Shown here piece after piece: positions 27,001 to 42,000 of a stretch of 64,000 nucleotides of DNA (positions are counted from its first letter, which is position 1; each line of letters begins with the position of its first letter). The stretch lies in assembly GCA_965112155.1 (NCBI GenBank), contig OZ218098.1. One strand, 5' to 3'. Made by a program: the position numbers and the translations under genes. Source of the DNA: Podarcis liolepis (taxonomy: Eukaryota). Under the pieces are notes generated by a model. That model ran no database searches. It was not told the origin of the DNA and worked only from the letters and a program-made list of their open reading frames with translations.

Positions 27001-30000
27001 GCAGTGGAGAAGCCAATGATAGTTAGCATATGCCCACACTCCCCCTCATCGCCCCCTCAAGAAGACCTGAAAATATCATGATAATATCATGATAATAACA
27101 CTGACCTACCTGATAGGGTTATTGTTAAGAATTACTGAGATAATCAGAATGAACCACTTTGAACACTCTAAGGTGCTGCATCTGGATGGTTTATTATTAC
27201 ACAAATAAGCCACACACAAAACATGTACAGAAACCTTAGTATTAGTGTTATAAATATTTGCAAAGAAAAGCAAAACAGATACTGCTGAAACAGGCCAGAC
27301 TGGAGGAGGAAGAGGATCAGGCCAATCATCCAGTCCTGCTACTCAACAGAAGGCCACACCATTAGGAACTGGGGTCATCTGCACTCACAGCAGCTAAACA
27401 TAGCCTTAAAGTGGATCCCCAGCATTCCACAAGCTCTGTTCTTAGTGGTAGCCATTGCAGAGAGCTGATACTATCAATGTGGAAATGACTTTCGCTTTGG
27501 TGACTATGCTCTCATTCTTCTTGGAGGGGAAGGCACAGGAATAGCCAGCGTTTCATTTTCTGCCTTACTAAAAGCCTTATCATTTTAATAAGCTTTTCCT
27601 GCTTATTTTCAATCTACTTCTCCCTTCATTTGCTACCAGGGTAAAGCATGCTATACATAACATGCAACAGAATGGAAAGACCCTTACCTTCCACTGTTAA
27701 TTCTACTGTCACCTGACGAACACCACCAGCATTCCGGGCCTCACACGTGTATGGCCCACCATCTTCCTCCTGCACCCCTTTTATAATTAAGCTGAAAAGC
27801 CCTCGAATGCTACGATCCACTACACAGCGCTCTCCCTCTGTCAGAAGTTGCCCATTCTTGTACCATGTGACTTGGGGTTCTGGGATGCCTCTGACCTAGA
27901 AAGATTGGGTGCAGGAAGATTGGGGATGGTGTGGGGAGAGTGAGAAGGGGGGGTGGGAGAGAGAAACAAACACAGAAGGTGACTTTATCTGGAAGAAATG
28001 CAGAACACTTCATAAGCCAGTGGAAAGTATTTTCTAAAGCCATATCTGTTAAACACATACAAACTGTTTTGAGCCAAATGGCAAAAACCTGAAGAAAAAG
28101 AAACGAAACTATTGGGTGCATCAAGCTGTTAAAACTAGCAATGTTGCTCCAGCAGGCAGCTACCCAGACAAAGCTTTTTTCTGTCTTTTGAAATTTTAAA
28201 GCCAGAAATGAGAAATTCTGAGAAGCACAATCATGAGCCAAAATTATTAGACCATATTCTACTGTCAAACGGCTGTCTAGACTAACAGATTTATTGTAGC
28301 ATGACATTTGCAGGCCTCATTATCAGATGCATTCACTATGAGAGGCATTTAGAAGAAGCAATGTTCATCAGCCTCTTTAGAAAGGGTCAAATACCACCCA
28401 TGGCAAAATAGACCTGGTTGTGTTTTTTGAGTGTTTAGTGTGCATGCGTAACACTGTGTGTGTGCAAAATTTGGTTAACATTTTATCACACATAAAAGCT
28501 GAACTTTACCCAAAATGAATTTCACGAATATCCAAAAGTAGCTATTTCTCCCAATTCTGGGGAGCAAACACCTGAAGAAGCACCTATTTCCATACCAACC
28601 TGTCTATGAATTAAGATCTTCTGCTGAGGGTCTTCTCCAGGTGTTGCCTTTTATCTAAGCTACATTACTCAGTCACAGAGAAGACTTTTTCTGCGGTTGC
28701 ACTCTAGTTACAGAATGCCCTCCTTAAAGAGAGTGCTTGATTTACATTTTGTTTTGCACGAAGCAAAAAACATGTTGATTCATTCAGACATTTAAAAAAT
28801 GTTGTTATTTCTATTTCTGCCTTGAATGAGCTTTATTTTCTGTTTTATTTCAGTCCATATTATGATATACATTTTGAGTGTTACACTTCCTTAAAATCCA
28901 AATAGGATACAAGACAGTACATAAGTATTTTATACAAAATAATAAACCCAACATTTACATTCCGAATGTCAACATTCCGAATTTCAAATATTCACTGGAC
29001 CATATATTTCATTCCAACAGAATGAATCAAGAGGAGTGCCTAGCATTCTTAACTAGAGCTGAAAACTGTAAATTTAGTTAAGCAATCAGTAAGGCTGGAA
29101 GTTAATGGAACATCTGATTTTTAATGCGCTTTTTCTCCTGCATGTTGCTATTCAATTTCTAAACTGCAGAAATGGGAAGATGTGGAACTGTCACCAGCAA
29201 GACCATGCAAAGTTACCTACTGACCTATTGACCAGTGCCAATGGGTCATCATGGCCTTTTTATCAAGCAATTCTTCAACCAGTGGATTTAGCCTGGGAAA
29301 TGATACAAGCTTATCACATGTAGTCCAGGAAATGATATAAACTTTTCACATATAGTCCATCGCACTGAATGCATTTACACAGTTATTTTGAGCTACGACA
29401 TAAACAGGATAAAAAAATTATCCACCAGGTGGTGTCCTTGGCAGTTACAAAGTTCTCACAAAGTAACAAAGACCAACACCAATTAACAATATGTTGTTCC
29501 CCACAAATATGTTGTGTGTGTTTTAATTTCATTTATTGTAAAGAAAACTGAAAAGCACATACAAAATCAACTGGAAGGAGGAGTCAAAAAAAGGGTTTTA
29601 GGGTAGTCCATGGTAGAAAACAGCTAACATGGGAATGCATCTGTAAATGAGGATGCAGTACATTTGCAGCATGAGCAGTGATCCTCATGGAGAAGTTTCC
29701 ACAGAATGTTAAACTCCAAGGACAAGCATAACAATACAATGTCCAGCTGCAGTCTTAGCTATTTCCTTCTGCAACTAGGGGGAAATACTATACTATAACA
29801 ATAATCTTTGTGAAGACTGGCAAACATTCCTCACACCATAGGAAGGGTGGAGCTGACCTACAAAGATCTGGTAATCCACTAGAAAGTAACAACCCAGAAT
29901 TTAAGAATCACTGTCCTCTCCTCTGCTAATTTACTAATGAGAAATTTAGCTTCCTGATGTTCACACAAGCAATCATGCAGTTTATCATCATCTGGTGTAA

Positions 30001-33000
30001 AATAAACGAAAACTAAAGATTTTCTGAAGTGGCAGTTTAACAGCAGACTGAATGAACTAAGGCATAACTCAGGTTTCTCTGGCACTGCCATTGGCATTAA
30101 TCTAATAATGTCACAATAAAGCAGATCCAAGCATATTCTCTAGATTACAGTCTGTCAAAAGCAGTGAGAGGTTTGGATAAACGCGGGCACCAATGTCAGA
30201 AGTGCTTGCAGGAGAAGGAATTGATTTAACAAAACAAATAGATGGTAGATTCCTCCCTGGAAAATATTATAATCTCTTCCTATCATCCAGTCCAATTTCA
30301 AATAACACAGGCCACAAAGTAATGTGCCTTTCTCCTTCTGGATGCTATTCCAAATTATTAGTTTTCCCTCATGATAGAACGTATCACTCTAATTTCCCTT
30401 AGCTCCAATTGGACCATACTATGTCATTCCTATCCAATTCTTCACTTACGGTTAGTTTCATAGGCTCCTTTGACCATCTTTTGGCTCTCCCTCATACATA
30501 AGCTACATTTCAATTTTTTCCATGTGTTTTTATTTTGCAAACATCAAGCCTCCAATTTGAGGAAGAACAGCAGGAGGGGCACATGCATCCAAAAGGATGA
30601 GAGAGTTCTTCCTAAGAAAATCAGAGAGAGAGGCTGATTGATGAACAAAGGGCTTCACTTTTGTGAGCTTCGTTAGCCCACATTGCCTTGCAGCTTCATC
30701 AGTTGACACAGTACTTGGGGTGGGGGGAGGAGAATAAGGAGAAGCAGCAAGTGGTGAATTATTCTGTTTGTGAGGATTTACATTTCAAGCTAGAGTTTGA
30801 AACACATTTCATATGGAACTAACCCCTGCACTGAAAAGATGTATTCCTGCCATAAAAATGTCTGGCGATTCTAAAACAAGCTGCCAGTTACCTCAGTTTG
30901 ATGCCGATGGTGGACCAATTCCAGAACTGCAGCAGGTTTTTCTATAAATAAAAAATTAATTTTTCTGGTAACTCTTTCAGGCTCTGCAGAAACATCTGCA
31001 TTTAATAACACATCCACAATGGGTGAGGACTTATCCACTTATCTAATGCTCTGCAGCTTAAGGCTATAGCCCTTATTTATAGCCCTGTCTACTCCTTACA
31101 CAGGCCCTACAGATTCCTAAGAGTAAAGGGGTGGAGGATTGCTTTCACCCAAAAGAAAGGAACAAAGATTGAAATGCAGCTTACTTCCAAGTAAGGACCA
31201 ATTCACATTGCATGCTGATTGTCTAACCTGTCTCCACTAGTAAGTGGGGTAAGGCCCTACGGGTGTGAACACATAATGCATATGTGACAGGGACTGAGTT
31301 ATAGCCAACTGCAACATCCCAATTTTATGGACTCTTGTGTTTTAACTGTTGTATTCTGCTCTGGGACCTTAATAAATTGTAGTACAGTGGTACCTCGGGT
31401 TACATACGCTTCAGGTTACAGACTCCAATAACTCAGAAATAGTGCTTCAGGTTAAGAACTTTGCTTGAGGATGAGATCAGAAATCGTGCTTCAGCGGCGC
31501 AGCAGCAGCAGGAGGCCCCATTAGCTAAAGTGGTGCTTCAGGTTAAGAACAGTTTCAGGTTAAGAACGGACCTCCGGAACGAATTAAGTACTTAACCTGA
31601 GGTACCACTGTAATATTAATAGGTTTATAGATACTCATATCCTTTTTGGTATTAAGGTGTTCAGCAGGAAACACATTGTGGATCCAGCCAGCCACGTAAT
31701 GTCTGAATTGGCCCTGAATTCAGTGAGCATTGTAAACTTGAGTGAAAGTTCCACAGAACATTAAAAAGTCCCCTCAAAAAGCTACTAGGGCTTTCTCTGA
31801 ATATTTTGCAACTGTTCTTTCTTCTTCAATAAATGACAGCACCAATGCCTTGGTTTGTACAGACTCAGATAATGGAAGAATCTTGATATATTTTCAACCC
31901 ACATCCACAACAAACTGTTTCTGGTCTAACCTGAAACCAGAAGTAGGCTAAACACATATAAGCTAGTTACAATATTTCAAGACCTATTTAAATGACATAG
32001 ACCTTGAACTCCTGCAGTAAATTTCTGCTCAGAAGCCCAATGAAGAGTAACAAGACATGCTGTACCATTACCAGTACAACATGCAATGTCATAAGAAGGT
32101 GAGTTTCTTCCATTCTGAACACCATGATCCTTTTTATTACCCTTCTCAAGCTCTAATCAAGAACGAGTTTGCAAAGCTTTACAAATTATATATCCCCAAG
32201 TGTATGAGAGTTTTTGTCTTGCTTGCAATGCTGACTTTATAATCACATGGTTACACTAAAACGTTCAGTTGTCAACCCTTTTAAGGTCGGCTTTTATTGG
32301 AATTTTAATGAATATCTTGTATCATTTTGTGTAAGCTGCTTATATTTTTTATGAAGCTACATATTAATAATGATAAATAAAGAAATCCACCATGGATATA
32401 AAGTTAATCTTTAGAGGCAGTGTCCCAGATGACACGTGAATTGCCTCTAACCTATTGTGGTTTTCAGTTCTTGGGATTTCCTACCTTAACCCATGAATCT
32501 GAAAACTTGCCCAATTGAGACTAGTAACACCTAGGGCTCTTCTTACAAAATAATAAATGTCTTCATTCAATAGTTATGTTCATTGCTCAATGTTTGGAAA
32601 CCACACAAATTATTGCAAACACGCACTGTCATCAATGAGTCTTAAGTATCCATTAAAGTTTTCAATCAAATTCCAGATTCAGTATGACACCAGAAATGGC
32701 AGACGACAAAATCACGGCATGCTTGATAGCAACAAAATATGGTAAGAGGCTATTTACCTATGTTCTAACATGGCTCCCAATGCTTAACAATGCCTGGTCT
32801 AGAAACCTAGGTGGCTTAGATTAACATCATCATTCAACTCAAAAGGAGAATTAACTCTATCTCATTCAAAATCATCCATGCATTGAAAGAGAGAGGATCA
32901 AATGCATGCTTCAGCTTGCAGCATAAGCTGTCATATTTTGACTCAACATCTGGCATTGCTTAAGTTTCTTATTCCATATGTAAGCAGTGCTAATAAATCA

Positions 33001-36000
33001 CTGCTCTGGGAGTTCACATTTGAAGAATGCCACTACTGAGATCTTCCCCCAAGCAATCCAAAGTAGCAGAGGAAAAATTTCAGCAATGTCTTTAACAAAA
33101 TCCCTCAAAATCAGAACATTATTGAATTATTAGTCAACACTGTATCTAAGTAGCCTGGCTCTACCTCATCTTTAACTGTGTGCTTTAGGACTTCATCCCA
33201 TGGAACTCTTAGCTCTGTTTCCCTTTCATTGCAAATGGAAGTAAATTTTGCTGCATTGATTTATCCATCTATTTTAGGTAATGAGTCCATAGGCTAGTAA
33301 CATTCATGGAAAACAGATCTATTAGCCACAATGGCTATTTGGAACACCCATGTTTAGGGGTTGTTTGTCTGAAACCTGAAAGAACATGCTCAGGAGGCAT
33401 ACCTTTGCCACCACAATTCTTCCTGGCAGCCACCCAACCCACCCAGCCCCTGAATGATGACATGGGTACACAGAAATCTTTCTAACAGAAACACCACACA
33501 TCATGTAGTGTCACCCTGATGAACCTTTAGAGGAACAAATGGCAGATGTTTGTGGAGGGATGTCTCCCATTTCACCGCCCACAGGTGGAGCAGCAAAGTA
33601 GAAGGGCATTTCATCTCAATCATAACTCATAAACAATATGTTTAACAATTTAGATTTTAAAACCATGGGCCTTAAGTATTTTTTTTTAAACCCACAGATC
33701 ATATATTTTAAAAAGTTTTCAACCACTATCTAAAAATGCAACTGATTTTCAAAGGAAGGAAAACCAGCCATCAAGAACGCTCTGCCTTTTGTTGCTCCTG
33801 GCCTGATCATACAATAGGACAAAAACCATAGTCTTCAATGGCAATCAGGAAGGCTAGTCAGGCCAGGTCACAATTTGTGTACTTATCAAAACATAATTGC
33901 TCTGAAATATGCTTAGGGACAATGTATTACCCAGAAAAGCCCTCTGCTAAAAACCTTAGTCTACCCACAGGGAGTCTGGCTATTTCCACTGCAGGAAACA
34001 GAGACAAGACAAACTCTCTGGGATAGCCTCAAATGACTTTTATAATCTTAATTACTGGTCCCCTCGTGCTCTATTTTACCTAGCCCATCTACTGCAGTAC
34101 CTTATTCAAGTAACTTAATGTGAAGGGAACATCCTATGCTCTCACCTCATGGCTTTTCACTCTCATCTCATATAAAGTAACAGAAACTCCACATCATTAA
34201 CTAAGGTAACAGATGAATGAACTGACAAAATGCAGGAGAATGGCAACAGCAGAGGAAAAATAGGTCCGTTTGGAAAGCCCCTGAAGCCAAAGCAATGAAC
34301 CACCACTGTGGAAGCTGTGGCTTTTCCAATAAATACAAAAATTACTCCAAGGATGAGTGGAGAAGCTCCAACTAAGCCAACATTTATAGTACTCCCAACA
34401 GTGAAGTATTTATGAGCTATCTACAAAAGACATGGTCTGTTAGCAGAAAAGCAGACAGCAGCTGCAAATCATATTGTTGACAATCATCTTATTGTTTTCC
34501 AGGTTTCTTTACAAGAAACTGGTAGGGCTCTTGCACAGAAGTTGATTCTACCATTAGTCACCATGGCACATTAATCTGAACACAGCAAAAACATCTATTT
34601 CAGTATTCTATTAAAAGTGGCTGCACATGCTTTGAATTGTTTGTCCTAAGACAAAACAACATTTTAGAACTATAGTACTTTTCTGTCCTCACAAATAAAG
34701 GAGATAGCAAAAATGTTCCGGAAAATGTATGCATAGGATCATTATTACAATGGAGTTAGCTGGAGATTTGGAATTGGTGTAATCCAGATTCTCTTATATT
34801 ATTCAGCAATTAGAAAGAGATTCTTAACAAATGGTAAGTATGTACAAGAAAACATAGCTATGATGATCGGCAAAGCTCACGTCTCCAAGCAAGTGCTAGT
34901 TCTGACATCCTTTTCCTGTTCACAATTAGCTTTGCTCCATTGTTCTCTATATTGTCTTCCAGGTACACAATCCCACTTTCCATTGCCAACATCATCTCAT
35001 CCAACACCTTCCTTAGGCTTTCATCACCTCTAACCTTTCTTTTCTTGCCTTCTTTACTTGGCTCAGCAGCTGACCCTACCACAGATGCATTCGCCTTGGC
35101 CACTCCTTCCTCCACACTTACATTTTCTGCTTCCTACTTCCTCCAACTTTCCTTCCCTGGCTGCTTTACAGTCAGCTATCTTCATAATTACAACAGATGG
35201 CAATTGGTTGCATACAAATACAATAAAAATATAATACATTGGCCACAATGCTTGTCTAGGCTTTGCCCCAGAGGAGGATGCACCCAATGGTTTCAGGGCC
35301 CAAAGTCATGTGTCATCACCGCATGCAAGTAGGAGTCAGATGTGACATATTGACTCAACTAAATATACAGTATTACATAAGTGCTTTTTAGCAAAACTGG
35401 AATGAATATGCATGAATAAATGTGTGGGATTCCACTAATGAGTCCCATCAGAAGCCCTGCCCCAGGACGTCTGCTTGCACAACTGTCTTCCCGTTTCCTT
35501 CTGCGAAAAATTATATTGGGTGGTTCCAGAGAACCCCCCAAGCAGCACACAGCGGGAGGAGAGGAGGGATCGTTCCATTTGGCAAACCCAAATGCTTGCC
35601 CTGATGGAAATATCACCATACTGCAATGCTGAATTACTCTCAAATAAGGATAGCAACATCAAGATGTTGAGGTGTAGCTAACTAAGCTTCCACTATGCAT
35701 ATTTAGAGATTAGACCTTGAGATGATAAAATATTCAACTTTAGTCCTTAATTGTGCAAATGTTTCATCTGCACTTGAATGTGTCAGTGCCAATTTAAGGC
35801 ATACGCATGTAACCCTAAACCTGCATATGGAACAAAGAAGATCTGAGAATTTGTACATAGGTTAAATGTACAGATTAGATTGCACACTTGCAATCCTTCA
35901 ACTTCGAGGAACACACGCCTCTCCTATCCTGGTTATACCTCTGCTGCAACTTGTGGTTGCTGCTGGGAATGCCTAATTCCCTGTCCATCTAACGCAACTA

Positions 36001-39000
36001 ATTGCAGCTTGGTGAGCCAAGTTTGTTTACTAAACGAGGAAGATCTAGGATCAAATGCCTGCTTTGTCATGAAGCTCACTGGGTAATCTTGGGCAAGTCA
36101 CCATTACCTCAACCTAACTTACCGGTACCTCACAGGCTATAATGAAGATAAAATGAGATACTCTCCCCAGGCACGTCAACTTGTCTGCTTGCTGGAAAAA
36201 TGGGGTACAAATCCGATAAAAGAAATAAATCTTGCTGTTCAATGTCACTACTGATGTAAGACAACTCATGACACTCCACTTGAGAGGTGTGCAGTTTTAC
36301 ATATTAAAGCACTCAGGTACCACTTTAAAAATACTTCTCATACAATTGTGCCCTGCAAATTAAAAACACTTGTTTTATTTTATATGGAAGGGCAAAAAGT
36401 TTCAATTTCCTGAAACAGAAGGCAAATACTGTAGAGAAATCCTATTTTTTCCAAAGGTGTATAGGATCTTTTTACCTCTCATGTTCTCACATTTATACAG
36501 TTATAATGCTCAGTGATTGCTGTAGAATCAAGTGTTATATATAATATTAAAAGGCACAGGACTTCAATTGTTCCCAAATAGGGCTTGCTTGGTCTTTATC
36601 ACAGAATTGTGTCCCTTCAGAATACCAGATTTTTCAGAATTGAGTTGCAAGAAGGTTGTTGGAGGGAAATGCATGTCTTCATAATGGACACATAGATGCA
36701 GGACATTAAAAATGCTCTTTTGTGTTTTTAGCAGAAGTCTCAGACAGAATTATAGCAAAAGGTTACTTTTTGGTAAACTGTCATGATAAATCATTACGCT
36801 GCAGGCAACATCTATCTTCCTTTTTAAGCATTACAGAGCTCTCGGCAGTATGTCATTTATTTATGCAATCCTTTGAACAGGTGGAACTTTTATACCCTCC
36901 TTTGACCAACCCTGAAAAGAAAGTAGGGCTGAGCAAAATCTGTGCCTATATTTCTGCAGCATTTCCCACTTTGTGTTTCCAGCTAGCTGCTGGATTCTCC
37001 CCCATTAAAAAGCAACATCACATGATACCAGGTCATGAGAGTTGTTGACTAGCTATGTCAATTGTCTATGGGAACGCACATTGGAATATTTTGCCCATTC
37101 AAAGAAGGGCAAAGCTGTCAGACATTAGACTAAGAATGCCTTTAACCAAAATTAACCTGTGAATTACTGGAGAATATATACCAGGCATTAGAAATTTATA
37201 ATGCTTAAATGTGGATGACAAAAATTGCATGCCTGCACTATCTCATGACATATTTAAATTTGTGAAATAAAATAGCATTAGTTCCAAGTGAAACTTGAGG
37301 AGCTGCCCAGGGCACCTGCAATTTTCCACACATATTTTCTATGAAATTTCTAAAAGAATGTTTGCAGGTTAGGTCCTTCAGTACAAGCTATTTCCAAGCA
37401 TCAGCACACCAAATAATCCAGGAACTACTTTCAGTGCTTATCAAATCAGTTCAGGAATCTGTCCGGAAAATTATTATATGCTCAAGTATTCATTTCAGGA
37501 AAAGCCTCTGGCACAGGAAGAGAGATTATTGAAGAACAACAGCAGGTTTGTATTGCAAAACCCACTAGGACAAAAAAATAAATAAAAAAATCACCAGAAG
37601 CAACTCAAGAAAGAAACCAATAAGCTGTTGTGTTATGCTGTAAAATTGGGGTTCTTCTGTCCCTTTTTGGAACGGATAGTTTAATCACAATGTCCCTGTT
37701 GAAATGTTGTTAGGTTTAAATTAAAAAAATATCTTTACTAAATAAATTTTGCAAGATTTCAAGCTTTACGAAGTTCTTCAGTAGGCATAAAGATCTTGAG
37801 CTCCTAGTGTAACATGGTGGCTAAGAATGCTTTATGAACCAAAGGTTTCTCCAGTTAAATCTCATCATGCCATGGACTCTGCTGGTGGCTTTTGATAAGC
37901 TGTCATCTCTTAGTCTGTGATGTGAGGTTGGCAATTTAGCATTTACAAGCAATTTAGTATTTACAGGCAACCCAGGGTATTTACAGGCAACTCTCAGGGT
38001 GGCTCAAAACAAGAAAGGTAATGTTTTACAACAATAAAAGCATGTATACAGCATTTGCAGTGCATAAAAACGACTTAAAGCTAAGACATAATAAAAGTCC
38101 TAGGGAAATAAATAGGCCTTTGCCTGGAACCAAATAACAGCAAGATTCACACCAATGAGCCTCTCTAGGCCAGTGTTTCCCAACCTTGGGCCTCCAGCTG
38201 TTTTTGGACTACAACTCCCATCATCCCTAGCTAGCAAGACCAGTGGTCAGGGATGATGGGAATTGTAGTTCAAAAACAGCTGGAGGCCCAAGGTTGGGAA
38301 ACACTGCTCTAGGCAGAGTATTCCACAGCCAGAGTGCCATCACTGAAGTTATGCACCTCCTAGCCTCCTGCTGCATCACAACCAATGAGGGTGCATATTG
38401 AAGAGTCGTTCAAAGAGGGGCTGTTATTGTACAATCAGGGTTCTCTGCCTATCTAGCTACTAAAACAAACTACAGATCATGCCTCAATGCAGAGCCAGGT
38501 ATTTGGCTGCAGCTGTCCCAAATTTAACAAGTGATAGCCACATTGTGCAAATCAAAACAGTCCCATACCGCTCATTAGAATCTAAGTTCCCAAGCTATAC
38601 TTTATCGTTCTTTTTCAATGCCAAGTGACATTTTTGGTTTTTCAACTGTAAAAATAAGTTCTAACTAGCACATGTATGTATGTAACATATTGTTGATTTA
38701 CAATACCTGCTTTGAATTCGTTCTCAAATGTTTTGCCTTACTCTGTTTTTTGTTATTGGTTTTTGTTTACGTAGTTAAGTAAGTTCCTTATTTCTCTGAA
38801 ATTAGTGGGGAATGTAACATTTTGAATGAAGTGAAACTTGATGTTTAACGTGTCCAAATGCTTAAAGGTACCCTCCATCATCAATACTACTATCATTCGG
38901 TTCAGTGTCTATGTAGGTGCTAGGTGAAAATATTGTCCTTATGCCAAAGATATGTATGTGCAACACTAGTGTTTTGAGAAAACAATACAGTGGTGCCCCG

Positions 39001-42000
39001 CAAGACGAATGCCTCGCAAGACGGAAAACCCGCTAGACGAAAGGGTTTTCCATTTTGGAGGTGCTTCGCAAAATGAATTTCCTATGGGCTTGCTTCGTAA
39101 GACGGCAATACATTGCGAGTTCCTGCGGGGTTTTCTTCCTTCCCCCCCTTTTTCTAAGCCGCTAAGCCACTTATCAGCTGATCCGATCAGCAGATAAGCC
39201 GCTAAAAGCCGCTAATAGCGCTAATCCGTCAATGGGCTTGCTTCGCAAGATGAAAAAACCGCTAGACGAAGAGAATCACAGAACGGATTCTTTTCGTCTT
39301 GCGAGGCACCACTGTATTTAACTTCCATTTTTAATGACTTTCAATGGGGAAAAATAAGTTTGTATCAAAATTTTGCTATATGATAAAACATCAACTAACA
39401 ACTCTATGACTTTAAAAGTTTGGGAACTGCTGTTGTACACAGGTTGCATTTAAAGCACAGCTGAAGCATGTCTTCTCTCAAAGTGCTTAGTGGGTCCCTA
39501 TAGTGGGCCTGCTATAAGCCTGTGCCATAATACTGGTTCTCTTGCAACATCTGTTGGTGTCCTGGACCTTAAGAACAATAAGGTGAGGATTGCATTATGT
39601 TTTAAGTGCACTGAGAAATCATTTACCAGTGGCTTCTGGTAACCCAGCTTTTTGCAGTACAGGCACACTAATTATTTGACAGCAAGGGCTATACACCAGA
39701 TTTCGTACTCATTAGAATTTTTCTGTTTTTCCTATGCAGGAATCAAAAATGTCTCACAGTTGCATAAATGAGACACTGGTTCCTTAAAGTACCCCCTCTC
39801 CAGAAAAATTATAATTAAACTAAGCAAACTAATAAATAAATGAATGACAAATGAATTTTAGACTGGAAAAAAGAACCATGTTCATCATCTTCATACCTCC
39901 TCATACAGCCAGGCTACTGTCTTTCTCCTGAGACATGGCAGAGACAACATGCAGCCCTAATATCAGGCACAGGTTCAGAGCAGTGTAAGGTTTCCCATTT
40001 CCTGATACACTTCAAAAGAATGCCTGTATTGCAAAGATAGCTTTGTTCTGGTTAGCATCAAGTTCTCAACAGCCTACTGATTTAGAGGGAGTTAAAGCTA
40101 TCACCCATGCCAGAGAGCACAAACATAGATCAGAATGCCTCTATTTCCAATGTACAGCTGCGTGTGCCGTTGTTTGTGTAGCCAACAAAACACAACCCAC
40201 AAGCAAGAAGAAGGTACCGTCAAGCTTCAGGGCACATCAAGGTTTTCAAAAGTACAAAAACCTTTAGGAAAAATAGTTAATAGTGATCTCAGTTCTAATA
40301 GTGATCTCACTTTGCCAAGTGGTGATGACTGGGAACAGAACACCAATTGATCATTAAGGGAGAAAATAGAAAACTTTGTAGCAGGCTGCACTTGTAAATT
40401 CTAAAGAATGGTGCCTTTTCACAGGTCCATTCTAAAGAAATATTACACACAAACAAACAAAAATTCTTCTGCTGATTTAAAGACTCTTCCAAAATGCTTT
40501 ACCTGGAATATAGTATCAGACCCAGCTCTCGCTTCTAGACACTATGGACTAGTGGTCATTTTCTTAGCTTTTTTTTTTTGCAGTACTTCCCTTGAAACCA
40601 CAAGGTTTAAATTTCTCTTTCCTTGGACAGAATGCACATTGTCTATACAGTAATCTTTTAAAAATCCACTAGAGTTGTAATTTCTATTGGGCATTGGTCT
40701 GCTGCCCACTCAAAGCTGGAAGCAAGCAGTCAGATTTATTTAAAAAAAAATTTTTTTTTAGTTGTCTGCAACCAGTCCTTTTAAAAAGTACCCGTCATTG
40801 TGAGGTAGCAGGACCAGTAAAACAGTGGCTAGCTGGCATCCCTACATGTAATGCTCCTATTACTGACAACAGTAGTATAAAGAAGATGATACAGTTGATA
40901 CCTTGGTTTAAGAACAGCTTAGTTTAGGAACAACTTGGATTAAGAACGCTGCAAACCCCGAAGTAGGTGTTTTGGTTCATGAACTTTGCCTTGGAAGCAG
41001 AACATGTTCCGCTTCCTGTTGAGTGTTTTCCATTTGTAAACTGAGTCCCCCGCTGCTATGGAAAAGCACACCTTGGTTTAAGAACACTTTGGTTTAAGAA
41101 CGGACTTCCAGAACGGATTAAGTTCGTAAACCAAGGTACCACTGTACTGGACTTCCATAAGGCAACTTACCATGGTTCTGTCATCTAAAATATCAGCAAT
41201 AAGAATTTCCCAATATCAAGGAAGCAGACAAGCCATAGCTAAAAACCTTGTGTCTCTTGTGGAGGTCATTTTTGCACTTTCATATGCACTGATCTAATTT
41301 GTATGTAACACTAAACTGTGGTTTAGCATTACATGCATGAGCCTCAGGGTCATGAGCTTCCCCCTTCCTTATTCTGCACAGTTACAAAGAGCTCAGAAGC
41401 ATATTATTATTATTTATTAAATTTCTATACCGCCCTTCATCCTAGAATCACAGGACGGTTTACAATATAGAAACACAAAAATAACATAGTAACAAATGAA
41501 AACAATAACTCCCCCTCCCAGGGGCCAGGATTTAGGGAGAGACAACATCATGTTCTACATGGAATAACACAAAACATTTCCTTTTATTGTTAGTAAATTC
41601 ATGGAGAAATTTCTTAATGAAGAAAAAGACACACTACACATCTTGCTTTAAAAAGAAACTATCCATGTTATCAGAAAGATTGTAGGTTTTTGCTTTTTTA
41701 AAAAGATACACAGTATTTTGTTCTTCACCTCTACTTCAGTTGCCCTGGATTTATGAGGTCACTTTAACTTCTGCATTTTTCTTCTCTTTCAAGTTCTGCT
41801 TCCATGCAAATTATTTTGTCATATACCGTACACTGGGGAAAATAACAGAGATCTGATTCTGTGGGATTTTTATCAGGTTTTTTAAAATGAGAATATAAGA
41901 TCTTTACAATATCAACTTTATATCCTGCCTTGGAGTCTCAAAATGTTTGTTCTTTCTGATAACATAAATTCCAGTACGGAAGAGTTCTTTGAAGAAAATC

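Noticed and set aside
31385-31610. CRISPR-like repeated TCAGGTTAAGAAC units
   Set aside because: The units are irregularly spaced inside a TIR-bounded eukaryotic MITE, with no spacer structure or cas genes.
34858-35115. Charged, coiled-coil-like 85-aa ORF
   Set aside because: It is possibly a decayed LINE ORF1 remnant, but it has no diagnostic motif and no splice sites linking it to MYLK.
37745-37785. Second hammerhead-like motif on the MYLK sense strand (CTGAAGAA...GAAATCTT), plus a decayed look-alike near 41975
   Set aside because: Stem I and the stem III palindrome are not intact and stem II is weak. At best it is a dead relic.
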